Origin: an uncultured Acidobacteriota bacterium
GTDB taxonomy: Bacteria; Acidobacteriota; UBA6911; RPQK01; JAPXNP01
Direction of reading: 5' to 3'
Assembly: GCA_963777605.1 (NCBI GenBank)
Contig: CAVZRV010000008.1
Location: forward strand, 416,001-480,000
DNA length: 64,000 nucleotides
In this document: positions 63,484 to 64,000 of the stretch, one piece after another
Layout of the letters: each line of letters starts with the position of its first letter
Position numbering within the stretch: position 1 is the stretch's first letter
Position numbers and translations under genes: made by a program
Notes under the pieces: model-generated
What the model was told of the DNA's origin: nothing
Seen by the model: the letters and a program-made list of their open reading frames with translations, nothing else
The model's database searches: none

Positions 63484-64000
63484 ATGGAATATGCGCATCG
63501 ACCGAAAGATGCTACCGAGCAACTTCGGCAACACCCGAACGAACCGGTAATTGAATACTTCGTAAGTAACGAAGGCTCTACTTATGAACGCACATTTAAT
63601 ACTGCAGATGCGGATACCCTCGGAGGAAGCTCTGAGTATATTGTCGGACACGATGCAGTGATTCAACATGTCGAATCACTACTTGAGAAATACGAGGCCT
63701 CAACACCGAATGAGCGTAATCTTGGATGTCTTATTGACGCCGTCACAATTATACAGGAGCTTCCATCGCTCTTCGGCAATAAACTACCAGATGCCTTACA
63801 CGAAGAAATTTTTCAACAAGCCGTGGCGCGACTCGACCGCCGTGAAGACCGAATATACGATGAACCAGAGGACATGGCGGCAGATGCGGCACTTGTGATT
63901 CACTTGTCACAGATCCCTGAGGTGTACGAACGGTTACGCGCAATCGTGCAGGAACACCTTAAAGAACATAGGGCCTTTAGGCAACACCTAGAAGACCCAC
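63484..64000 (+). CDS. Hypothetical protein, partial (runs off window; absent from the ORF track)
   Basis: Open frame MEYAHRPKDATEQLRQHP... to the end; TATAAT 6 nt upstream of the ATG. Confidence 0.65.
   Translation, partial: MEYAHRPKDATEQLRQHPNEPVIEYFVSNEGSTYERTFNTADADTLGGSSEYIVGHDAVIQHVESLLEKYEASTPNERNLGCLIDAVTIIQELPSLFGNKLPDALHEEIFQQAVARLDRREDRIYDEPEDMAADAALVIHLSQIPEVYERLRAIVQEHLKEHRAFRQHLEDP

Noticed and set aside
54504-64000. Low-GC segment as prophage or island inserted in rpoB
   Set aside because: Contains core secE-nusG, has no phage or mobility genes, and would disrupt an essential gene

Overview
The window joins two unrelated genomes at about 54,503. Part A (1 to ~54,500) is GC-rich and probably Acidobacteria-like (inferred from protein style). 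It starts with an ECF sigma/anti-sigma pair. A ~38-kb cell-surface locus follows, holding a strongly expressed S-layer-like gene, two paralogous Ser/Thr-rich PKD/Ig-like proteins, 11 GT2, 3 GT4 and one priming glycosyltransferase, two methyltransferases, an orphan Wzm, an O-antigen-ligase/O-OTase-like protein and a TMTC-like (GT-C + TPR) protein next to a DPM1-like GT. After that come a 7.3-kb integrase-less signalling island bounded by direct repeats of the tRNA-Thr(UGU) 3' end, and the tRNA-tuf-secE-nusG-rplKAJL cluster, which breaks off at what looks like the first 11 codons of rpoB. Part B (~54,504 to 64,000) is lower-GC and Saccharibacteria/CPR-like, with its own secE-nusG, apparently leaderless genes and a GC-richer secreted protein with thioester-domain-like motifs behind a perfect sigma70 promoter. 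Best candidates for new biology: (i) an S-layer/surface-protein glycosylation system with two different protein-glycosylating enzymes, and (ii) a covalent thioester-type adhesin in a CPR epibiont. Five single-base frameshifts in part A look like long-read errors. All functional calls rest on motif recognition by eye; no database searches were run.
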